A stretch of 64,000 bases of DNA from Paraspadella gotoi (lineage: Eukaryota > Animalia > Chaetognatha): contig CM119265.1 of NCBI GenBank assembly GCA_051294375.1, positions 5,438,556-5,502,555 on the forward strand. Reading direction: 5' to 3'. The position numbers were made by a program, and so were the translations under genes. Below are positions 11,390-22,473 of this stretch, piece after piece. The notes below the pieces were generated by a model that was not told where the DNA came from, did not search any database, and was given only the letters and a program-made list of their open reading frames with translations. Position 1 is the stretch's first letter, and the number at the start of each line of letters is the position of its first letter.

Positions 11390-14300
11390 CTCTCTCTGTT
11401 TTAAGATTTATCATTTACAACAGTAAAGAAGAACCGATTTTTTTTAAACTCCACTTTCTTTTATCAAGTTGTTTATCCCCATCTTTTTCCATAACCATTT
11501 GGACGCAATCTCCAAATCCTTACCCTTACCCTCTCCTCACCTTTGTTCAAAAAGTCGACCAGTTTTGGTCCGATAGATCCCGCTCCGTCATCGGCCAACC
11601 AATCCGTCGACAAAGCGCATTCGTCGACATCGATGCAAGTCTTGTCGCCGCCCATTTGGACGAAACCCTGGTCGCATTCGCATTCGAACGAGCCGACCGT
11701 GTTGACGCAGCGGCCGCCGCTGCCGCAGGGGAGGTCGTCGCTGCACTCGTCTTTATCGCGGCAGCCTCGTCCGTCGTCGCTGTTCACGTATCCCTAGAAG
11801 AATGTTTAAAAATATCTTTATAAAAATTTGACTTACGATTGTGACACTGATAAGATAGTAAAATGACATTAGAAATTGTAAAATCGTATTTCACCACGCT
11901 ATAATTGCTCGCACTTTTAAACTAAAACAGCTTCCGTATAAATTCGTGTAGCCATCATTTACAATAATAAATTGACTAGTGTCAAAAAAAGTCCAGACGA
12001 ATATCTCAGCAGAAAATCAATGGAAATCAGAAACTCACGAACCTCCGGGCAAATGCATTCGTATCCTCCGGGGGTGTTAAAGCAAACTGCACCGTCTCTG
12101 CAAATGGGAGTCGCCGATTCAAAGCTGCATTCGTCAATGTCAAAACAAGTCGATCCATCCTTCGTCAACTCGTATCCCTTGTGACAATCGCACTTGTAAT
12201 CCCCCTCATTGTTCAAGCAGACCTGGATTTGAGTGCGGTCATAGACATAGGGCGTAATTCTTTTTTTTTTTTTTTTTTGATCTCTGATTAGTTCTCTCTC
12301 AAAAACGGTTCCAAAATTTGTTAACAATTATTCTCACGACATAATTTGAGCATTTTAATATAATTTGTATCGACGTTCTTGGTAAAAAAACAAACAAAAA
12401 CCCGTCCCACCACCTGTTGGCATCCCCCATTTTTGACGAGGCATTCGTCCAAGTCGGAACAGCTTTTCTCGTCGACGGCGAGAGAGAAGCCTTCCCTGCA
12501 GCCGCACTCGTAGGCTCCCTCCAAGTTAACGCAAATCTGCTGACAGTCGTGATTCCTGTCGCCGCACTCGTCGACGTCCACGCAGCTGCGCCCGTCCTCC
12601 GCGAGACGGAAACCGCGGTCGCAGAAACATTCGTAAGTAGGGTCGCCTCGGCGTTGCGGTACCAAGTTTCTAAAAGAGCGAAGAGAGTGGCATGACGATC
12701 GATCATAGACTTATAATAGGCGTTTAATAAGGTTTTTAATAAAAATTAAAAAAACTTTTTTATTTTGTCAGTGGAATTTTCAAAAAAAATATGCATTCAT
12801 TCATTCATTCATTCATTCATTCATTCATTCATTCATTCATTCATTCATTCATTCATTCATTCATAGAACATATGAAACCGATCATGAAAACCACGCAAAA
12901 TGCAAATCCCTAAAAATCTAAAACAATCCAAATACCAAACTACCTAATAAGGCTAAGTACCAGCAAATAAACATAGAATCAACAATTTATCAAAATATAA
13001 CATAACTTGACATTATACCGCCAAACCAACGATCAAACCTGCATCCGAATGCGCAGAGATCTTGGTCCAAGTTACACTCATCGAGGTCGTTGCACGTCAT
13101 TCCATCCACGTCGAGTTGGAATCCCTTGTCGCATGAGCATGAGTAGCCGCCGTCTTCGTTTTGGCAGGAGTGGTCACATCCGTTCATCCCTTGCGAGCAC
13201 TCGTCGAGGTCGATGCAATTGAAGTTGTTATCGCTCAATTCGTAGCCGTTCGAACAGGAGCAATAGAAAGACCCATCCGTGTTGAAACAGGCCTTAAAAA
13301 AAATTTATTGATAAATTCATTCTTACTCTGCAACTTGTTGCGTCCGCAGTATGATATTTCGTCACTGATCAAACTTTTCTAAAGCCATTCCACAGCACCT
13401 GATCGCATCCGCCCATATCCGCGCCAACACACTCGTCGATATCCTCGCAATTGCGACCGTCGCCGCCGAGGACAAAGCCATCGGGACAGCTGCAGGTGTA
13501 GCCTCCTTTGGTGTTGCTGCAGGTGTGGCTGCAGTCGTCGGACGACAAGCTGCACTCATCAACATCAAGGCAGGAAGCCCCGTCATAAGTGTACCCTGAG
13601 GAAAGTAGATCATTGAAAAACATATTCTAAATTGTTAACAAATTATTTATCGAGCACCTTCTCTGCAGTAGCATTTGTATCCTTTGCCTTCGTCCAAGTT
13701 TTGGCAATGTTGTTCGCAATCATGAAGGCCTTCAGCGCACTCGTCCACGTCTAGGCATAAGATTCCCGTGGGGTCCATTTTGAAGTTCTTCTTGCAAGAA
13801 CATTTGAAGCTTCCTGTTTGCAACGGAAAAATTATAATGTCGTTTTCCATCAGCTAACTCTAGTAGCTCAGCGAGCTAACCAACCATCCCAGCGGGTTTT
13901 TTTCTCTTAAGAAAACTACAATTCTTCTTTAATAAGCATTGGACAACTAGTGCTATCTAGCTAATCAAATTTTCTGACTACAATTGTTCACTCACCAGAT
14001 AAATTAATGCAGGTCTGCGGACAACCCCCGTTTTTGAGGCTGCATTCATCGACATCCTTGCAGTTAGAAGGGTCCAGAGGATCGACTTCATAACCTTCTT
14101 TGCACCCACACTTGTAGCTTCCCTCGGTATTTACACATAGCTGATAATAAAGAGGGTATTTTTTATTTGTTTAATTTCATGTATTTTAAAACAATAAACT
14201 GTGGCAGCAAGACTTAAAAGCATCCTTGCTACTGTTCGTCTCAATGGCTGAGCAGGCTAAATCATCTCGTTACAACCGCGCGTCCCGTGTTCAATCCCTG

Positions 14301-16127
14301 GTGTATCCCGGTTCTGGCTTAAATGTGACGGAGCCGGTCTAGACATGTCAGAGACAGGAGGCGGTCACTGAGGGTCCGCAGCCCTTACGCCAGTTCGTGA
14401 CATACCCCGCGCCCCGTTTATCACAGGCATTCCTCCCGTTGCCATGAAACGAAATTTTTATCAATTTGACTCGTTCTCACTTGACTACAGGGATCCTGAT
14501 CGCACTCGTTCCTATCAATACAGGCCTTTCCATCGCTTAGATCAAATCCCGCGCGGCAGATACATTTGAAGGAACCGGGAAGGTTGCTGCACTCGTGCTG
14601 ACAACCGTGGTCGCCTTCGCATTCGTCCACATCGACGCAAAGTGTGCCGTCGTCGGATAAGGCGAAGCCTGGCGGTTGAGAGGGGGTCCATTAGTGCCAC
14701 AGTAGAATGTATATGAAATTTTTAGTGATGGAAGATGACGAGAAACAGTTCAACAATGAGAAAACTCAGTATTTTTGGTTTTCTAAAAAAGTTGGACTGA
14801 CCCGGAGAACAATCACATCTGTAGGAGCCAACTTCGTTGATACAGATGTCCTGGCAGACATGAGATCCGTCCGAGCACTCGTCAGCATCCTCGCAATTTT
14901 TACCATCTTCCATAAGCCAATATCTTTAAAGAAAATGGTTTGAGGGGTGAGCGTGAAAATTTGATCGGAAATGATTTTAATATGCATAAAAAAGACATAC
15001 TATGAGAGATTAGAATTTGAAGTAAATTATCTTTAAATGTTACAATTTGAACCTAATTGAATAAAAAACAATTTTAATAAAATAATGTGGTTATGATTTA
15101 CATGTAGAATGTTGATAATTAACTTTTATTACTCGGCTGTACTGCGTTCACTTACCCCTTTTTGCATTCGCATTCGTAGCTCCCCGGGGTGTTCTTGCAA
15201 ATGTCCTGACACAGGTCATCATCCGTCGAGCATTCGTTGAGGTCCTTGCAGGAACGCCTGTCGATGTCGAGCACGAAGCCGGCATTGCACGAGCATTTGA
15301 AAGAACCGCGGGTGTTGATGCACATTTGTTCGCAATCGGATGAAGCTGAAGGACAGAACAGAGCGAGAATGTTATCAAGTTATCAATGTTATCAAGACTA
15401 TGTTTTTGCGCAGAAGGGAAATCGAAATTTGTAATTAATGATAATGATGGATGATTAAACAAGTTGGAGCAAACAATGTCGGATCTGCCTACGATAATTA
15501 AGCGGTAATCAGCTAATCAGATGATAAATCCCGATAATTCTTTTAATAATAATAATTCATACAAAACCAGTGGCTGAGCCAATACATGTAAATTCTTTGC
15601 AAGGGATTAAACTGACCTATTTTGAAGTTGATTTGAATGACCCTTTTTCTTAAGGTGTGACGAACAGACAGACAAAGAGACAGAAGAACGGACGGACGGA
15701 CGGACGGACATCTTTTTCATAATATAATTTTCTGAGATGATATAAGTGACAATATTTAGGGTGGGACCGATGGACCGACAAAGTGGGTGATAATTAATAA
15801 TTCTAACTTCCTTAAATCCAAAATTACCCTTCGTTTCCTTGGGCCTCACAATTTCCCCAATTTCTACAAACATCCCATCCATAAACCCTGCCCCCATCTA
15901 CCCCCCTCCCCAAAATCCTCACTTTCGCACTCGTCGATGTCCACGCAAGTTGTTTTTTCTTCGCCCGGACGGAATCCTTTCGGACAGACGCACACGTACG
16001 ATCCGTGGGTGTTGCTACACTCGCCGCCGGAACAGAGAGACTCGGCGGGCGACTCGCCGCATTCGTTCACGTCCACGCAGACGTCTTGATTGAGGCGCAA
16101 ACCCTCGCCGCAATCGTGGGAGGGTTC

Positions 16128-16179
<52 letters not shown>

Positions 16180-19100
16180 TATATATATATATATATAAAT
16201 CCTTTCTTTTTGTTGTTTGGGACGATAAAAGACAGTTTGAGTTTAGTCAAAACAAAACTCAAAAAATCGAAATAATTATGATATTATTAATTTATTTGTG
16301 AATAACCGTCTTTCCTTTGTCGACTTCTGGAAGGCCTTCGTCGAATCCTTCTTCTGGGAAATCCGCTTTATCGTTTTTCTCCCCATTTATTTCGACCAAG
16401 CCCGTCTTATTTCCAATGTCTTTAACATCAACTGCGCTTGTTAACTTCTCTTGGTCACCTGGCATCTTCATTTGTTCTTCATTATCTATTTCAGTTCCAA
16501 TCATCATGTCTGAAGAGACAGTAATTATTGATAAGTGTTAATGACAGAACCGTTCAATATAAGCAGTCCCTGAGCTTCGGATCAGACTGTAACACCATGT
16601 TACAGGCGGGTTAAGCGCCCCGTCCCTCTTAACTGCCAGGCGGCCACCCGGCTAGAACCCCGGACCTTTGGGTTGGGAGGCGAATGACTTGCCTCCGGCA
16701 CCAATGGCCGCTGATGAACGGTTGGTGGATTTTAGTCCACCATATGTCTTTAATTCGGTTTTTAAGGATGTTTTAGAAAACAGAAATTGAAGGTTTAAAA
16801 AAATATATACATATGAAATTTGTTAATTACAGCTTACCTCCGTAATCATAATCATCCTGATCCTCGTTGAGCAACTTTTTCTGAATCGTTTTCCTTTTGT
16901 CGATCTTCTTGCAGACGACTCGGCGTCGACTGCCATCGTCGCACCTGCGTATCTCCGCACGTGTCATTGTTACCGACGTCCCGGGTTTCTTAACGAAGAG
17001 ACGACATTCAACACCGCTCTCGTCAGCAGCCACATACCACTCCCCTATCGCCGGTGGAAAGGAGAAAGGAGAAACAAGGAGAGGATTTTTATTAGGGTTT
17101 AGGAAAAGTAATACTTTGTAGGAGGTAAAACTGAAAAAAAAAAAAGATAAAAAAGGAAAGTGATTGAAGTTGGTCTTCTTTATTCTTCTTTCTTTCTTTC
17201 TTTCTTTCTTTTTTTCTTTCTTTCTTTCTTTCTTTCTTTTTTTCTTTCTTTCTTTCTTTCTTTCACTCTAAAAGTATAAACCAAAAAGAAAAAAAACATT
17301 TTCTGACACAATGTTTTATTCATCTCCCAGTGACATTTTTTAATCTCAACGTTTATTCCAAAATATAAGCCCCACCCATCCCCCCCTTCCCTGTCGCGCC
17401 CTCTCATTTTGCGATCTGGCGATCTATGAACGGCACCACCGCCACCGCCTCGTCAACCTCCTCTGGCTTCGGGATCTTGAACTCGAGAAAGTCGAAGAAG
17501 AAGGCAGCGGCGAGAAAGAGCGCCTTCTCCGCCGGACCTTTGGATCGAGTTGGGAAGATTAGGGAAACCTTCTTGAGCTCGTGACGTTGATTTCATAAAA
17601 TATTGTAAGACGATATTCAAACTGTGATCGGCGTCTGTTTTGTCACAAAAAGTCTCAAGTTTTCTATCTTCGAATCTCCGATCCCTCAAGGAGCTCTTCG
17701 CCCAATTCGTACCAACTTTGTCCGGGAATCTGATGCTGCAAGACTTGGGGTTGGTCAGATTCCCGAAGCACTTGACCTTGGCGAAGAAGAAGATTCCGCC
17801 GCCGACGGGCTCGTCCTCGACCGTGCGGAACTCGTACTCGAGGATCCCATTGTCTTTTGAGGGCAGGGCAGATTGATGGACTGGGTTTGAAGCTCTTATC
17901 CATTGAGTTTATTTATGTTAAAGTTGAAGAGACAGTAATTATTGTTATGAGTTAGTGAAAGAACCGTTCAATATAAGCAGTCCCTGAGCTTCGGATCAGG
18001 CTGTAACACCATGTTACAGGCGGGTTAAGCGCCCCGTCCCTCTAAACTGCCAGACGACCACCGGGCTAGAACCCCGGACCTTTGGGTTGGGAGGCGAATG
18101 ACTTGCCTCCGGCACCAATGGCCGCTGATGAACGGTTGGTGGGTTTTAGTCCACCATACAGTAATTAAGGTTTAATTATAGAAAACAAATTGCAAGAACC
18201 AATAACGAAAATCTCCATTAACGAAAACGAATTACGAATATTTTTACTGTTTTGAAAAGATTTTCGAAAAAACCCCACGAAAACATTTCAAAGTACAAAT
18301 GTATCTGTATCTGTTTTATGAGTTAGTGGCAGAACCGTTAAATATAAGCAGTCTCTGAGCTTCGGAAGGGGCTGTAACAACGTGTTAAAGGCAGGTTAAG
18401 CGCCCCGTCCGTGTTCACTGGCAGGCGATCACCGAGATAGAACCCCGGACATTTGGGTTGAGGAGGCGAATGACTTGCCTCCTCCAATGGCTGCTGCAAA
18501 AGGTTTTGTGGATTTTAGTCCACCATAAATCTTTAATAGATCAAAACTTAAGCAGTTTATTTTTTAAAATTAAAAACTGCATGTCTGGGAATGTATTTAA
18601 TATTTTTTAAAGAATTTAATGATAATTCAGTTAATGCTACTTATGTCCATTTCGTCCACGTTTTGTTTTGTAAGACTCGATAAGACGAAGGAACAAAACG
18701 ATCGAAAATTTTTTTTCATAAGGACATCCGAACTTCGAACTCATTTTCTTTGGCGATGTTTTTGAAAACATTTTTTTATCAGATTTTAAGTTCGCGGGTT
18801 TGCGCTTATTCACCTCGAACTTTAGTTTTATATACACTCAATTTTTAAAAGCAACGTTAATTAATGAAAATTTTCTATAAAAATTATGGAAAAAAATTTT
18901 AACTAATTGGAATCAAACAAATAAAAATTTCATCAGATTGTGTGGCCCCCACCTCTGCCCTCGCATCCAGCAAAATAGTCTCGTTTGAATATCTTCTGAA
19001 TCTGAGCGATCTTTTGCGATTCTTCGTTACCCAAAATATACGTCCCCTTTTGAACGCCAATCTGAAGAATGCTGCCCAGAAATCTGTCGTTTATCGTGCA

Positions 19101-19626
19101 AGTGACCTTGCACTCGAGTTTGCCTGAAGACGGTCGTCGCGGTTCACGTTGTTGTGACACAAGTTTTTTTTTTTTCGTAATGTTTTGTATTACGTATCAC
19201 TCGCGCAACAACCATCATCAACAACAACGAGGCTCAAGAGACGACTCGCCTGCTCGTTGAACCGTCAAAACTTCTTCGTTGCGTTGGTTAATTAGTTTAA
19301 CGCTTTCCCGAGAGGGCGGACCCGTCTCCCCGTACTTGCGACCTTCCTTCGCCTGATCGCGCCCCCGTTTTTGGCCGTTTTAGAGGTGGCTAAGAGAACA
19401 ACAGCGACAACAAGAACCTTAAATATCACGTATCCGCCGGCGTAAAGAAGAAACTCGCCGATGCCGTTCTGCGAGATCGTCATCCGGCCAAAGTTGCCGA
19501 GAAGCGAGACTCCCGGCAAACTCTTGTGGTTTTTGTGGGGAATGTCGTGGGGTATCCAATAGGCGATTCGTGGGCGGGGCGTTCGAAGTTCCTCGCGTCT
19601 TTGAGGAGAGGCGTAAGGGTTGTGAA

Positions 19627-19679
<53 letters not shown>

Positions 19680-20693
19680 GAGAGAACAAATCGAGATCCT
19701 CGTATCTTTGCCAAGTCGGGCTTATATATGCCTTAGGTCCCTTCGAGTCTTCCTTTATCAAATAGTCAGGTCCCTGCCTGTCTCTTTGATACAAATTGCA
19801 AGAAAAATTCTCCTCCGTCTCAACTTTTTCCATCGTGGAATTTAAAAAATAATAAACAAATGGATAAACGAATTAAGAAGGCTTCTCAGTAAAGCGATTG
19901 AAAGCCCCGGAAATTGTAGCAATGAAAACTAAAACTAAATTGAACTGCAAAAAAAGTTTAAAAAAAATAGCATGAAATATTTGTGTTATTGTGTTATTGT
20001 GCCGAATAGAATATCGATGATTAATTGAACTAATCACTAGTTTTCTACAAACTTCAATTCTAAGCTCATTTGCTTATTATTTTCTATGCTAGAAAACGAG
20101 TATGAAAAGAATTCTATATTGTTGGTATAAAAATACATAGGGCGCCTCTCCGTCTCACCTATTCATCAAATACGTATGTGCAAAGTGTAATATAAAATTG
20201 CTAGCAATTTTATGATTATGATATGTCTAAGCATAAATTGGACAGACAAACCGGCAGTTAAAGGGTCGCTCCGATCCACAAGTATTAGCTACGTAACTAA
20301 AACTTCAGCTAATATATCCTAATGAAAAAGGAAGCGAACAAACCCTGGTAATCTCTTGTGTTCGGTAGGTCCGGAAATATGTCACTTCCAAGGTCTTGAA
20401 ACACTCCACCTTTTTTTCGACAGAATTCGGCCGCTTCTGTTCCTCGCATTATACCTCGGGAGTAGAAAAAGCAATGCGACTTACTGGAGTAGTATGGGCA
20501 AGATTTACGTCTCCATGGGCCTAGGAAAAGAATAAATAAAATGTGTGAAATAAAATTTATTTCCAACGTGGAACTAAGGAATCAAAAGTAAGCACGCTGT
20601 AGGTGTTAACTAAAATATTAACCACCACTCACCGCCAAACGCCGTCCATTTATTGAGAGAGAGAAGAAGGAAAAGAGGCAGAATCCCCACCAT
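1539..20693 (-). CDS. Large multi-exon type-I membrane protein: signal peptide, C-type lectin-like domain, acidic linker, ~20 calcium-binding EGF repeats, 2 kringle domains, Cys-rich region, probable TM and cytoplasmic tail
   Basis: ATG 20693 gives [24 protein letters not shown] halves at 20521-20345 and 17044-16838 join in phase 1. Repeated D[IV]DEC...C.N..G.[FY].C.C exons run 16128-10550. A phase-1 join leads to kringle exons ([27 protein letters not shown]...[16 protein letters not shown]; ...CLRWSD...ENYCR). A frameshifted hydrophobic exon lies at ~2330-2220 and the terminal exon [10 protein letters not shown]...YSSPFIKL* at 1759-1539. Exons after the kringles are less certain and are doubled by the duplication. 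Confidence 0.8.
2528..3270 (+). mobile_element. Complete non-autonomous LTR element (TRIM, family A): LTR 2528-2781, internal region 2782-3018, LTR 3019-3270
   Basis: Two ~250-bp direct repeats TGTG...GCCATA. PBS-like TGGTGAGCCC 2 nt after the 5' LTR, weak PPT (GGGGA) before the 3' LTR. TSD CCAG/CCGG. Empty site TCACCAG|ACGG at 6381-6391. Confidence 0.85.
5030..5071 (-). ncRNA. Minimal hammerhead ribozyme (Penelope-associated type)
   Basis: Minus strand reads AACG-CUGAAGA-A-GGCUU guaugu AAGCC-GAAA-CAUGUA^-CGUU: intact core, stems I and II, palindromic stem III. Confidence 0.8.
5072..5300 (-). mobile_element. Remnant of a Penelope-like element 3' region next to the hammerhead (duplicated at ~8171-8400)
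   Basis: Reverse complement ACCTGTCCTCACATCTGACCACT...TGTTGGAAACT matches 57758-57810 in the Penelope-like element. Confidence 0.65.
8129..8170 (-). ncRNA. Minimal hammerhead ribozyme (duplicate copy)
   Basis: Identical to 5030-5071, inside the duplicated segment. Confidence 0.75.
10181..10460. repeat. (ATTT)n microsatellite / AT-only tract
   Basis: Visible tandem ATTT units degenerating into poly-T. Confidence 0.9.
12794..12864. repeat. (CATT)n microsatellite
   Basis: Perfect tandem CATT. Confidence 0.95.
14200..14446 (+). mobile_element. Solo-LTR-like element related to family A, with a tRNA-like head
   Basis: TGTGG...GTTGCCATG flanked by a perfect AAAC TSD. A-box-like TGGCTGAGCAGG, B-box-like GTTCAATCC. 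Shares GGAGGCG(G)TCACTGAGGGTC and TCACAGGCA with family A LTRs. Confidence 0.75.
15650..15800 (-). mobile_element. Probable Helentron-associated (HINE/DINE-like) fragment
   Basis: Minus strand shows an AT-rich start, a short inverted repeat and a (GTCC)n/(GTCT)n tract. Similar starts near 20230-20295 and 23180-23285. Confidence 0.4.
16511..16744 (-). mobile_element. Family B solo-LTR-like element with a tRNA(Gly)-like internal sequence
   Basis: Minus strand TATGG...CTTCA with perfect TSD TGTC. 5' hairpin TGGTGGA/TCCACCA. tRNA-like GCGGCCA-TTGGTGCCGGAGG...CTCCCAA...GGTTCTAGCC-GGG-TGGCCGC. Confidence 0.85.
17404..19833 (-). CDS. Phospholipid scramblase (PLSCR)-family protein, nested on the same strand in intron 2 of the receptor gene
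   Basis: Six phase-compatible exons: [10 protein letters not shown]...; ...[17 protein letters not shown]...YVIFK; AKEG...[16 protein letters not shown]; GKLE...FLGSILQ...; DNGILEYEF...CSIRFPDKV; [20 protein letters not shown]...IAK*. The C-terminus parallels the scramblase motif FPxDLDVKMKAxxxGAxFLIDFMFF. Confidence 0.75.
17925..18158 (-). mobile_element. Family B element copy
   Basis: Full-length match to 16511-16744; flanks AAGT/CAGT. Confidence 0.85.
18312..18527 (-). mobile_element. Family B element copy (diverged, shorter 3' end)
   Basis: Matches 16529-16744; flanks TATC/AATC. Confidence 0.8.
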
Positions 20694-21463
20694 TGTGCAG
20701 AAACAAATTTGACCAAATATTTTCTTCACAAAATGTGAAAGAAACAATTCTAATTCGGTGGCCCTCTTGGCTATCTGTACTTTTTATACCCCAATTTCCT
20801 TTTCTTCAATTCCCCCCACCTGAGAGTTTTATATCCATATTTATTTTCAACTTTATTTTTTGGTCACGGATTTACGGTCTCCGTCGAGCTTATTTGTCAC
20901 GAATAACTAATAAAAAACTAGACAGCCCTCTTAGAAAACGTAACAGAATTTTCTCATAGACGAAATACTTACTTTTTTTTACTTTTGTCGTATAAAAAAT
21001 GCTCTTAAAGCGACACTTTCGAATTTTAATAACATTTTATTTCTTTCATGTGGGTTTGCACTTTATGCTCTACGTCCCTCGGCTCCTTTGATCCTTGGCT
21101 AATTTTTTGGGAACAGACTCTATAAATTTTGTTAGTGTTTATTAAGAATTTATTTAATACATTATTATATATTTTTGTAAAAGTACAAGTAAGGTCTTAG
21201 TTTCTCCATACGTAAATTAAACAAAAATAAGGCAGCAAAGATGAATATAGATACTATATCTCTGCATTCCATCAATATATTTCATCGATAGATCCTCTGA
21301 GAATTAAGAGTAAAAAATGCAAAAAAAATATTACGTAAAAACGCTCGGAAGGCCGCGGATACTGCGCGTTCAGTGATGCCCAGAGTTTCCGATGCATCTA
21401 TCTCTATCTCTTTTATCTCTCTCTCTCCTCTCTCATGTCTCTCTCTCTCTCTCTGCTCTCCTG

Positions 21464-21496
<33 letters not shown>

Positions 21497-21629
21497 GCTC
21501 TCTCTCCCTCTCTCTCTCCCTGTTGTTCGAGCTCGCTTTTAAAGATAGATAAAAATTGCGTTTTTAATAAATAATAGTCGAATTCCTTCCTCGATGACGC
21601 AGATCCGCCTCTCCCTTCCTCTCTCTCTC

Positions 21630-21673
<44 letters not shown>

Positions 21674-22237
21674 ATCTAAAATCGTTTGCACCAAATAAAA
21701 AAAAATTAGATAAAACCAGTGCACATTGCAGATTCGACAAAAATTATTGCGATGTTGCCATTTCTTAAAACCGCAAAAATATCCTCTCGTGATTTTTTCT
21801 TACGACAACAAGCTGAAACTACATGAAATTCGTCTTTAAAATTACGCATTATTTTGTAAAAATTATTTGGCAAAACAAAAGACAATTAACTAGTATTTAC
21901 GACCATTTTCTAACCTCAGAAATAAAAGGTGTTCCGAAAAGAAGTTTTCCGAATTTTTTTTCCCGAAACTCGTAGCCGTCAGCTGAAAAAGTCGACATTC
22001 CAGTTTCAGACAATATTTATTATCTAAACCGAAAACGCTCCTGTTTTTTCAAGCGCCTCCCTCTACCTGAAACTAAGAAATTATAACTACAAAAACGACG
22101 ACAACAACTCGACCCCAGGACGTGATTATCGTTCGATTAACTTCCCATTCGAATTGTCCTTCCACCGATGTCGCCCGATCCACCCGTGATTCTTTGTAGT
22201 ATTGTACCCCGAACCTTTTCGTAAAAGACCGACTTGG

Positions 22238-22348
<111 letters not shown>

Positions 22349-22473
22349 CTTATTGGTCGCGTTATTTTCCTTTCCAGACATTTCCATTCTGTCGTCGAAT
22401 TCATGAACACAACCTTGACATCGCGACGTGTCTCTCCTTCCGATGTGTATAAGTATAATAACAATTTGACGTC

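Noticed and set aside
10903-11823. 306-aa plus-strand ORF and other long ORFs with SLSL/ERER runs
   Set aside because: Antisense shadows of EGF exons and translations of (CT)n microsatellites.
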